A DNA stretch of 64,000 bases from Auanema rhodensis (lineage: Eukaryota; Animalia; Nematoda). Numbering within the stretch: position 1 is the stretch's first letter; every line of letters starts with the position of its first letter. The notes beneath the pieces are model-generated. The model was not told the origin of the DNA, made no database searches, and worked only from the letters and a program-made list of their open reading frames with translations. The translations under genes and the position numbers were made by a program. Shown one piece after another: positions 13,301 to 25,300 of the stretch. The stretch covers positions 8,432,001 to 8,496,000 of the forward strand of contig OZ059899.1 of assembly GCA_964057225.1 (NCBI GenBank), in the 5' to 3' direction.

Positions 13301-16300
13301 TGTAGATGGAGTCGTCGTTGACGTTGTAGATGTTGTTGTGGATGGTGTCGTCGTTGACGTTGTTGATGTCGTCGTAGATGGAGTCGTGCTCGTTGTTGTA
13401 GATGGAGTCGTCGTTGATGTTGTTGATGTTGTTGTAGATGGAGTCGTGCTCGTTGTTCTAGATGGAGTCGTCGTTGACGTTGTAGATGTCGTCGTAGATG
13501 GAGTCGTGCTCGTTGTTGTAGATGGAGTCGTCGTTGACGTTGTAGATGTCGTCGTAGATGGAGTCGTGCTCGTTGTTGTAGATGGAGTCGTGCTCGTTGT
13601 TGTAGATGGAGTTGTCGTTGACGTTGTAGATGTTGTTGTGGATGGTGTCGTCGTTGACGTTGTAGATGTTGTTGTAGATGGAGTCGTGCTCGTTGTTGTA
13701 GATGGAGTTGTGCTCGTTGTTGTAGATGGAGTCGTCGTTGACGTTGTAGATGTCGTCGTAGATGGAGTCGTGCTCGTTGTTGTAGATGGAGTCGTGCTCG
13801 TTGTTGTAGATGGAGTCGTCGTTGATGTTGTAGATGTTGTTGTAGATGGAGTCGTCGTTGACGTTGTAGATGTTGTTGTGGATGGTGTCGTCGTTGACGT
13901 TGTAGATGTTGTTGTAGATGGAGTCGTCGTTGACGTTGAAGATGTTGTCGTAGATGGAGTCGTGCTCGTTGTCGTTGATGGAGTCGTCGTTGACGTTGTA
14001 GATGTTGTTGTGGATGGTGTCGTCGTTGACGTTGTTGATGTCGTCGTAGATGGAGTCGTGCTCGTTGTTGTAGATGGAGTTGTGCTCGTTGTTGTAAATG
14101 GAGTCGTCGTTGACGTTGTAGATGTCGTCGTAGATGGAGTCGTGCTCGTTGTTGTAGATGGAGTCGTGCTCGTTGTTGTAGATGGAGTTGTCGTTGACGT
14201 TGTAGATGTTGTTGTGGATGGTGTCGTCGTTGACGTTGTAGATGTTGTTGTATATGGAGTCGTGCTCGTTGTTGTAGATGGAGTTGTGCTCGTTGTTGTA
14301 GATGGTGTCGTCGTTAACGTTGTAGATGTTGTTGTGGATGGTGTCGTCGTTGACGTTGTAGATGTTGTTGTAGATGGAGTCGTCGTTGACGTTGTAGATG
14401 TTGTCGTAGATGGAGTCGTCGTTGACGTTGTAGATGTCGTCGTAGATGGAGTCGTGCTCGTTGTTGTAGATGGAGTCGTGCTCGTTGTTGTAGATGGAGT
14501 CGTCGTTGATGTTGTAGATGTTGTTGTAGATGGAGTCGTCGTTGACGTTGTAGATGTTGTTGTGGATGGTGTCGTCGTTGACGTTGTAGATGTTGTTGTA
14601 GATGGAGTCGTCGTTGACGTTGAAGATGTTGTCGTAGATGGAGTCGTGCTCGTTGTCGTTGATGGAGTCGTCGTTGACGTTGTAGATGTTGTTGTGGATG
14701 GTGTCGTCGTTGACGTTGTTGATGTCGTCGTAGATGGAGTCGTGCTCGTTGTTGTAGATGGAGTTGTGCTCGTTGTTGTAGATGGAGTCGTCGTTGACGT
14801 TGTAGATGTCGTCGTAGATGGAGTCGTGCTCGTTGTTGTAGATGGAGTCGTGCTCGTTGTTGTAGATGGAGTTGTCGTTGACGTTGTAGATGTTGTTGTG
14901 GATGGTGTCGTCGTTGACGTTGTAGATGTTGTTGTAGATGGAGTCGTGCTCGTTGTTGTAGATGGAGTCGTCGTTGATGTTGTAGATGTTGTTGTAGATG
15001 GAGTCGTCGTTGACGTTGTAGATGTTGTTGTGGATGGTGTCGTCGTTGACGTTGTAGATGTTGTTGTAGATGGAGTCGTGCTCGTTGTTGTAGATGGAGT
15101 TGTGCTCGTTGTTGTAGATGGTGTCGTCGTTGACGTTGTAGATGTTGTTGTAGATGGAGTCGTGCTCGTTGTTGTAGATGGAGTTGTGCTCGTTGTTGTA
15201 GATGGTGTCGTCGTTGACGTTGTAGATGTTGTTGTAGATGGAGTCGTCGTTGACGTTGTAGATGTTGTCGTAGATGGAGTCGTGCTCGTTGTCGTTGATG
15301 GAGTCGTCGTTGACGTTGTAGATGTTGTTGTGGATGGTGTCGTCGTTGACGTTGTAGATGTTGTTGTAGATGGAGTCGTGCTCGTTGTTGTAGATGGAGT
15401 TGTGCTCGTTGTTGTTGATGGTGTCGTCGTTGACGTTGTAGATGTTGTTGTAGATGGAGTCGTCGTTGACGTTGTAGATGTTGTTGTGGATGGTGTCGTC
15501 GTTGACGTTGTAGATGTTGTTGTAGATGGAGTCGTCGTTGACGTTGAAGATGTTGTCGTAGATGGAGTCGTGCTCGTTGTCGTTGATGGAGTCGTCGTTG
15601 ACGTTGTAGATGTTGTTGTGGATGGTGTCGTCGTTGACGTTGTTGATGTCGTCGTAGATGGAGTTGTGCTCGTTGTTGTAGATGGAGTTGTGCTCGTTGT
15701 TGTAGATGGAGTCGTCGTTGACGTTGTAGATGTCGTCGTAGATGGAGTCGTGCTCGTTGTTGTAGATGGAGTCGTGCTCGTTGTTGTAGATGGAGTTGTT
15801 GTTGACGTTGTAGATGTTGTTGTGGATGGTGTCGTCGTTGACGTTGTAGATGTTGTTGTAGATGGAGTCGTGCTCGTTGTTGTAGATGGAGTTGTGCTCG
15901 TTGTTGTAGATGGAGTTGTGCTCGTTGTTGTAGATGGTGTCGTCGTTGACGTTGTAGATGTTGTTGTGGATGGTGTCGTCGTTGACGTTGTAGATGTTGT
16001 TGTAGATGGAGTCGTCGTTGACGTTGTAGATGTTGTCGTAGATGGAGTCGTGCTCGTTGTCGTTGATGGAGTCGTCGTTGACGTTGTAGATGTTGTTGTG
16101 GATGGTGTCGTCGTTGACGTTGTTGATGTCGTCGTAGATGGAGTCGTGCTCGTTGTTGTAGATGGAGTCGTCGTTGATGTTGTTGATGTTGTTGTAGATG
16201 GAGTCGTGCTCGTTGTTGTAGATGGAGTCGTCGTTGACGTTGTAGATGTCGTCGTAGATGGAGTCGTGCTCGTTGTTGTAGATGGAGTCGTGCTCGTTGT

Positions 16301-19300
16301 TGTAGATGGAGTTGTCGTTGACGTTGTAGATGTTGTTGTGGATGGTGTCGTCGTTGACGTTGTAGATGTTGTTGTAGATGGAGTCGTGCTCGTTGTTGTA
16401 GATGGAGTTGTGCTCGTTGTTGTAGATGGTGTCGTCGTTGACGTTGTAGATGTTGTTGTGGATGGTGTCGTCGTTGACGTTGTAGATGTTGTTGTAGATG
16501 GAGTCGTCGTTGACGTTGTAGATGTTGTCGTAGATGGAGTCGTGCTCGTTGTCGTTGATGGAGTCGTCGTTGACGTTGTAGATGTTGTTGTGGATGGTGT
16601 CGTCGTTGACGTTGTAGATGTTGTTGTAGATGGAGTCGTGCTCGTTGTTGTAGATGGAGTTGTGCTCGTTGTTGTAGATGGTGTCGTCGTTGACGTTGTA
16701 GATGTTGTTGTAGATGGAGTCGTCGTTGACGTTGTAGATGTTGTTGTGGATGGTGTCGTCGTTGACGTTGTAGATGTTGTTTTAGATGGAGTCGTCGTTG
16801 ACGTTGTAGATGTTGTTGTGGATGGTGTCGTCGTTGACGTGGAAGATGTTGTCGTAGATGGAGTCGTGCTCGTTGTCGTTGATGGAGTCGTCGTTGACGT
16901 TGTAGATGTTGTTGTGGATGGTGTCGTCGTTGACGTTGTTGATGTCGTCGTAGATGGAGTTGTGCTCGTTGTTGTAGATGGAGTTGTGCTCGTTGTTGTA
17001 GATGGAGTCGTCGTTGACGTTGTAGATGTCGTCGTAGATGGAGTCGTGCTCGTTGTTGTAGATGGAGTCGTGCTCGTTGTTGTAGATGGAGTTGTTGTTG
17101 ACGTTGTAGATGTTGTCGTTGATGGAGTCGTCGTTGACGTTGTAGATGTTGTTGTGGATGGTGTCGTCGTTGACGTTGTAGATGTTGTCGTAGATGGAGT
17201 CGTGCTCGTTGTTGTAGATGGAGTTGTGCTCGTTGTTGTAGATGGAGTTGTGCTCGTTGTTGTAGATGGTGTCGTCGTTGACGTTGTAGATATTGTTGTG
17301 GATGGTGTCGTCGTTGACGTTGTAGATGTTGTTGTAGATGGAGTCGTCGTTGACGTTGTAGATGTTGTCGTAGATGGAGTCGTGCTCGTTGTCGTTGATG
17401 GAGTCGTCGTTGACGTTGTAGATGTTGTTGTGGATGGTGTCGTCGTTGACGTTGTTGATGTCGTCGTAGATGGAGTCGTGCTCGTTGTTGTAGATGGAGT
17501 CGTCGTTGATGTTGTTGATGTTGTTGTAGATGGAGTCGTGCTCGTTGTTGTAGATGGAGTCGTCGTTGACGTTGTAGATGTCGTCGTAGATGGAGTCGTG
17601 CTCGTTGTTGTAGATGGAGTCGTGCTCGTTGTTGTAGATGGAGTTGTCGTTGACGTTGTAGATGTTGTTGTGGATGGTGTCGTCGTTGACGTTGTAGATG
17701 TTGTTGTAGATGGAGTCGTGCTCGTTGTTGTAGATGGAGTTGTGCTCGTTGTTGTAGATAGTGTCGTCGTTGACGTTGTAGATGTTGTTGTGGATGGTGT
17801 CGTCGTTGACGTTGTAGATGTTGTTGTAGATCGAGTCGTCGTTGACGTTGTAGATGTTGTTGTGGATGGTGTCGTCGTTGACGTTGTTGATGTCGTCGTA
17901 GATGGAGTCGTGCTCGTTGTTGTAGATGGAGTCGTCGTTGATGTTGTTGATGTTGTTGTAGATGGAGTCGTGCTCGTTGTTGTAGATGGAGTCGTCGTTG
18001 ACGTTGTAGATGTCGTCGTAGATGGAGTCGTGCTCGTTGTTGTAGATGGAGTCGTGCTCGTTGTTGTAGATGGAGTTGTCGTTGACGTTGTAGATGTTGT
18101 TGTAGATGGAGTCGTGCTCGTTGTTGTAGATGGAGTTGTGCTCGTTGTTGTAGATGGAGTCGTCGTTGACGTTGTAGATGTCGTCGTAGATGGAGTCGTG
18201 CTCGTTGTTGTAGATGGAGTCGTGCTCGTTGTTGTAGATGGAGTCGTCGTTGATGTTGTAGATGTTGTTGTAGATGGAGTCGTCGTTGACGTTGTAGATG
18301 TTGTTGTAGATGGAGTCGTGCTCGTTGTTGTAGATGGAGTTGTGCTCGTTGTTGTAGATGGAGTCGTCGTTGACGTTGTAGATGTCGTCGTAGATGGAGT
18401 CGTGCTCGTTGTTGTAGATGGAGTCGTGCTCGTTGTTGTAGATGGAGTCGTCGTTGATGTTGTAGATGTTGTTGTAGATGGAGTCGTCGTTGACGTTGTA
18501 GATGTTGTTGTAGATGGAGTCGTGCTCGTTGTTGTAGATGGAGTTGTGCTCGTTGTTGTAGATGGAGTCGTCGTTGACGTTGTAGATGTCGTCGTAGATG
18601 GAGTCATGCTCGTTGTTGTAGATGGAGTCGTGCTCGTTGTTGTAGATGGAGTCGTCGTTGATGTTGTAGATGTCGTCGTAGATGGAGTCGTGCTCGTTGT
18701 TGTAGATGGAGTCGTGCTCGTTGTTGTAGATGGAGTCGTCGTTGATGTTGTAGATGTTGTTGTAGATGGAGTCGTCGTTGACGTTGTAGATGTTGTTGTG
18801 GATGGTGTCGTCGTTGACGTTGTAGATGTTGTTGTAGATGGAGTCGTCGTTGACGTTGAAGATGTTGGCGTAGATGGAGTCGTGCTCGTTGTCGTTGATG
18901 GAGTCGTCGTTGACGTTATAGATGTTGTTGTGGATGGTGTCGTCGTTGACGTTGTTGATGTCGTCGTAGATGGAGTCGTGCTCGTTGTTGTAGATGGAGT
19001 TGTGCTCGTTGTTGTAGATGGAGTCGTCGTTGACATTGTAGATGTCGTCGTAGATGGAGTCGTGCTCGTTGTTGTAGATGGAGTCGTGCTCCTTGTTGTA
19101 GATGGAGTTGTCGTTGACGTTGTAGATGTTGTTGTGGATGGTGTCGTCGTTGACGTTGTAGATGTTGTTGTAGATGGAGTCGTGCTCGTTGTTGTAGATG
19201 GAGTTGTGCTCGTTGTTGTAGATGGTGTCGTCGTTGACGTTGTAGATGTTGTTGTGGATGGTGTCGTCGTTGACGTTGTAGATGTTGTTGTAGATGGAGT

Positions 19301-22300
19301 CGTCGTTGACGTTGAAGATGTTGTCGTAGATGGAGTCGTGCTCGTTGTCGTTGATGGAGTCGTCGTTGACGTTGTAGATGTTGTTGTGGATGGTGTCGTC
19401 GTTGACGTTGTTGATGTCGTCGTAGATGGAGTCGTGCTCGTTGTTGTAGATGGAGTTGTGCTCGTTGTTGTAGATGGAGTCGTCGTTGACGTTGTAGATG
19501 TCGTCGTAGATGGAGTCGTGCTCGTTGTTGTAGATGGAGTCGTGCTCGTTGTTGTAGATGGAGTTGTCGTTGACGTTGTAGATGTTGTTGTGGATGGTGT
19601 CGTCGTTGACGTTGTAGATGTTGTTGTAGATAGAGTCGTGCTTGTTGTTGTAGATGGAGTTGTGCTCGTTGTTGTAGATGGTGTCGTCGTTGACGTTGTA
19701 GATGTTGTTGTGGATGGTGTCGTCGTTGACGTTGTAGATGTTGTTGTAGATGGAGTCGTCGTTGACGTTGTAGATGTTGTCGTAGATGGAGTCGTGCTCG
19801 TTGTCGTTGATGGAGTCGTCGTTGACGTTGTAGATGTTGTTGTGGATGGTGTCGTCGTTGACGTTGTTGATGTCGTCGTAGATGGAGTCGTGCTCGTTGT
19901 TGTAGATGGAGTCGTCGTTGATGTTGTTGATGTTGTTGTAGATGGAGTCGTGCTCGTTGTTGTAGATGGAGTCGTCGTTGACGTTGTAGATGTCGTCGTA
20001 GATGGAGTCGTGCTCGTTGTTGTAGATGGAGTCGTGCTCGTTGTTGTAGATGGAGTTGTCGTTGACGTTGTAGATGTTGTTGTGGATGGTGTCGTCGTTG
20101 ACGTTGTAGATGTTGTTGTAGATGGAGTCGTGCTCGTTGTTGTAGATGGAGTTGTGCTCGTTGTTGTAGATGGTGTCGTCGTTGACGTTGTAGATGTTGT
20201 TGTGGATGGTGTCGTCGTTGACGTTGTAGATGTTGTTGTAGATGGAGTCGTCGTTGACGTTGTAGATGTTGTTGTGGATGGTGTCGTCGTTGACGTTGTT
20301 GATGTCGTCGTAGATGGAGTCGTGCTCGTTGTTGTAGATGGAGTCGTCGTTGATGTTGTTGATGTTGTTGTAGATGGAGTCGTGCTCTTTGTTGTAGATG
20401 GAGTCGTCGTTGACGTTGTAGATGGAGTCGTAGATGGAGTCGTGCTCGTTGTTGTAGATGGAGTCGTGCTCGTTGTTGTAGATGAAGTTGTCCTTGACGT
20501 TGTAGATGTTGTTATGGATGGTGTCGTCGTTGACGTTGTAGATGTTGTTGTAGATGGAGTCGTGCTCGTTGTTGTAGATGGAGTTGTGCTCGTTGTTGTA
20601 GATGGAGTCGTCGTTGACGTTGTAGATGTCGTCGTAGATGGAGTCGTGCTCGTTGTTGTAGATGGAGTCGTGCTCGTTGTTGTAGATGGAGTTGTCGTTG
20701 ACGTTGTAGATGTTGTTGTGGATGGTGTCGTCGTTGACGTTGTAGATGTTGTTGTAGATGGAGTTGTGCTCGTTGTTGTAGATGGAGTCGTCGTTGACGT
20801 TGTAGATGTCGTCGTAGATGGAGTCGTGCTCGTTGTTGTAGATGGAGTCGTGCTCGTTGTTGTAGATGGAGTTGTGCTCGTTGTTGTAGATGGAGTCGTC
20901 GTTGACGTTGTAGATGTCGTCGTAGATGGAGTCGTGCTCGTTGTTGTAGATGGAGTCGTGCTTGTTGTTGTAGATGGAGTTGTCGTTGACGTTGTAGATG
21001 TTGTTGTGGATGGTGTCGTCGTTGACGTTGTAGATGTTGTTGTAGATGGAGTCGTGCTCGTTGTTGTAGATGGAGTCGTCGTTGATGTTGTAGATGTTGT
21101 TGTAGATGGAGTCGTCGTTGACGTTGTAGATGTTGTTGTGGATGGTGTCGTCGTTGACGTTGTAGATGTTGTTGTAGATGGAGTCGTCGTTGACGTTGAA
21201 GATGTTGGCGTAGATGGAGTCGTGCTCGTTGTCGTTGATGGAGTCGTCGTTGACGTTATAGATGTTGTTGTGGATGGTGTCGTCGTTGACGTTGTTGATG
21301 TCGTCGTAGATGGAGTCGTGCTCGTTGTTGTAGATGGAGTTGTGCTCGTTGTTGTAGATGGAGTCGTCGTTGACATTGTAGATGTCGTCGTAGATGGAGT
21401 CGTGCTCGTTGTTGTAGATGGAGTCGTGCTCGTTGTTGTAGATGGAGTTGTCGTTGACGTTGTAGATGTTGTTGTGGATGGTGTCGTCGTTGACGTTGTA
21501 GATGTTGTTGTAGATGGAGTCGTGCTCGTTGTTGTAGATGGAGTTGTGCTCGTTGTTGTAGATGGTGTCGTCGTTGACGTTGTAGATGTTGTTGTGGATG
21601 GTGTCGTCGTTGACGTTGTAGATGTTGTTGTAGATGGAGTCGTCGTTGACGTTGAAGATGTTGTCGTAGATGGAGTCGTGCTCGTTGTCGTTGATGGAGT
21701 CGTCGTTGACGTTGTAGATGTTGTTGTGGATGGTGTCGTCGTTGACGTTGTTGATGTCGTCGTAGATGGAGTCGTGCTCGTTGTTGTAGATGGAGTTGTG
21801 CTCGTTGTTGTAGATGGAGTCGTCGTTGACGTTGTAGATGTCGTCGTAGATGGAGTCGTGCTCGTTGTTGTAGATGGAGTCGTGCTCGTTGTTGTAGATG
21901 GAGTCGTCGTTGACGTTGTAGATGTTGTTGTAGATGGAGTCGTCGTTGACGTTGAAGATGTTGGCGTAGATGGAGTCGTGCTCGTTGTCGTTGATGGAGT
22001 CGTCGTTGACGTTATAGATGTTGTTGTGGATGGTGTCGTCGTTGACGTTGTTGATGTCGTCGTAGATGGAGTCGTGCTCGTTGTTGTAGATGGAGTTGTG
22101 CTCGTTGTTGTAGATGGAGTCGTCGTTGACATTGTAGATGTCGTCGTAGATGGAGTCGTGCTCGTTGTTGTAGATGGAGTCGTGCTCGTTGTTGTAGATG
22201 GAGTTGTCGTTGACGTTGTAGATGTTGTTGTGGATGGTGTCGTCGTTGACGTTGTAGATGTTGTTGTGGATGGTGTCGTCGTTGACGTTGTAGATGTTGT

Positions 22301-25300
22301 TGTAGATGGAGTCGTCGTTGACGTTGTAGATGTTGTCGTAGATGGAGTCGTGCTCGTTGTCGTTGATGGAGTCGTCGTTGAGGTTGTAGATGTTGTTGTG
22401 GATGGTGTCGTCGTTGACGTTGTTGATGTCGTCGTAGATGGAGTCGTGCTCGTTGTTGTAGATGGAGTCGTCGTTGATGTTGTTGATGTTGTTGTAGATG
22501 GAGTCGTGCTCGTTGTTGTAGATGGAGTCGTCGTTGACGTTGTAGATGTCGTCGTAGATGGAGTCGTGCTCGTTGTTGTAGATGGAGTCGTGCTCGTTGT
22601 TGTAGATGGAGTTGTCGTTGACGTTGTAGATGTTGTTGTGGATGGTGTCGTCGTTGACGTTGTAGATGTTGTTGTAGATGGAGTCGTGCTCGTTGTTGTA
22701 GATGGAGTTGTGCTCGTTGTTGTAGATGGTGTCGTCGTTGACGTTGTAGATGTTGTTGTGGATGGTGTCGTCGTTGACGTTGTAGATGTTGTTGTAGATG
22801 GAGTCGTCGTTGACGTTGTAGATGTTGTTGTGGATGGTGTCGTCGTTGACGTTGTTGATGTCGTCGTAGATGGAGTCGTGCTCGTTGTTGTAGATGGAGT
22901 CGTCGTTGATGTTGTTGATGTTGTTGTAGATGGAGTCGTGCTCGTTGTTGTAGATGGAGTCGTCGTTGACGTTGTAGATGTCGTCGTAGATGGAGTCGTG
23001 CTCGTTGTTGTAGATGGAGTCGTGCTCGTTGTTGTAGATGGAGTTGTCCTTGACGTTGTAGATGTTGTTATGGATGGTGTCGTCGTTGACGTTGTAGATG
23101 TTGTTGTAGATGGAGTCGTGCTCGTTGTTGTAGATGGAGTTGTGCTCGTTGTTGTAGATGGAGTCGTCGTTGACGTTGTAGATGTCGTCGTAGATGGAGT
23201 CGTGCTCGTTGTTGTAGATGGAGTCGTGCTCGTTGTTGTAGATGGAGTTGTCGTTGACGTTGTAGATGTTGTTGTGGATGGTGTCGTCGTTGACGTTGTA
23301 GATGTTGTTGTAGATGGAGTTGTGCTCGTTGTTGTAGATGGAGTCGTCGTTGACGTTGTAGATGTCGTCGTAGATGGAGTCGTGCTCGTTGTTGTAGATG
23401 GAGTCGTGCTCGTTGTTGTAGATGGAGTTGTGCTCGTTGTTGTAGATGGAGTCGTCGTTGACGTTGTAGATGTCGTCGTAGATGGAGTCGTGCTCGTTGT
23501 TGTAGATGGAGTCGTGCTTGTTGTTGTAGATGGAGTTGTCGTTGACGTTGTAGATGTTGTTGTGGATGGTGTCGTCGTTGACGTTGTAGATGTTGTTGTA
23601 GATGGAGTCGTGCTCGTTGTTGTAGATGGAGTTGTGCTCGTTGTTGTAGATGGTGTCGTCGTTGACGTTGTAGATGTTGTTGTGGATGGTGTCGTCGTTG
23701 ACGTTGTAGATGTTGTTGTAGATGGAGTCGTCGTTGACGTTGTAGATGTTGTTGTGGATGGTGTCGTCGTTGACGTTGTAGATGTTGTTGTAGATGGAGT
23801 CGTGCTCGTTGTTGTAGATGGAGTCGTGCTCGTTGTCGTTGATGGAGTCGTCGTTGACGTTGTAGATGTTGTTGTGGATGGTGTCGTCGTTGACGTTGTT
23901 GATGTCGTCGTAGATGGAGTCGTGCTCGTTGTTGTAGATGGAGTCGTCGTTGATGTTGTTGATGTTGTTGTAGATGGAGTCGTGCTCGTTGTTGTAGATG
24001 GAGTCGTCGTTGACGTTGTAGATGTCGTCGTAGATGGAGTCGTGCTCGTTGTTGTAGATGGAGTCGTGCTCGTTGTTGTAGATGGAGTCGTCGTTGACGT
24101 TGTAGATGTCGTCGTAGATGGAGTCGTGCTCGTTGTTGTAGATGGAGTCGTGCTCGTTGTTGTAGATGGAGTTGTCGTTGACGTTGTAGATGTTGTTGTG
24201 GATGGTGTCGTCGTTGACGTTGTAGATGTTGTTGTAGATGGAGTCGTGCTCGTTGTTGTAGATGGAGTTGTGCTCGTTGTTGTAGATGGTGTCGTCGTTG
24301 ACGTTGTAGATGTTGTTGTGGATGGTGTCGTCGTTGACGTTGTAGATGTTGTTGTAGATGGAGTCGTCGTTGACGTTGAAGATGTTGTCGTAGATGGAGT
24401 CGTGCTCGTTGTCGTTGATGGAGTCGTCGTTGACGTTGTAGATGTTGTTGTGGATGATGTCGTCGTTGACGTTGTTGATGTCGTCGTAGATGGAGTCGTG
24501 CTCGTTGTTGTAGATGGAGTTGTGCTCGTTGTTGTAGATGGAGTCGTGCTCGTTGTTGTAGATGTCGTCGTAGATGGAGTCGTGCTCGTTGTTGTAGATG
24601 GAGTCGTGCTCGTTGTTGTAGATGGAGTTGTCGTTGACGTTGTAGATGTTGTTGTGGATGGTGTCGTCGTTGACGTTGTAGATGTTGTTGTAGATGGAGT
24701 CGTGCTCGTTGTTGTAGATGGAGTTGTGCTCGTTGTTGTAGATGGTGTCGTCGTTGACGTTGTAGATGTTGTTGTGGATGGTGTCGTCGTTGACGTTGTA
24801 GATGTTGTTGTAGATGGAGTCGTCGTTGACGTTGTAGATGTTGTCGTAGATGGAGTCGTGCTCGTTGTGGTAGATGGAGTTGTCGTTGACGTTGTAGATG
24901 TTGTTGTAGATGGTGTCGTCGTTGACGTTGTAGATGTTGTTGTGGATGGTGTCGTCGTTGACGTTGTAGATGTTGTTGTAGATGGAGTCGTCGTTGACGT
25001 TGTAGATGTTGTCGTAGATGGAGTCGTGCTCGTTGTGGTAGATGGAGTTGTCGTTGACGTTGTAGATGTTGTTGTGGATGGTGTCGTCGTTGATGTTGTT
25101 GATGTTGTTGTAGATGGAGTCGTGCTCGTTGTTGTAGATGGAGTCGTGCTCGTTGTTGTAGATGGAGTTGTCGTTGACGTTGTAGATGTTGTTGTGGATG
25201 GTGTCGTCGTTGACGTTGTAGATGTTGTTGTAGATGGAGTCGTGCTCGTTGTTGTAGATGGAGTTGTGCTCGTTGTTGTAGATGGTGTCGTCGTTGACGT

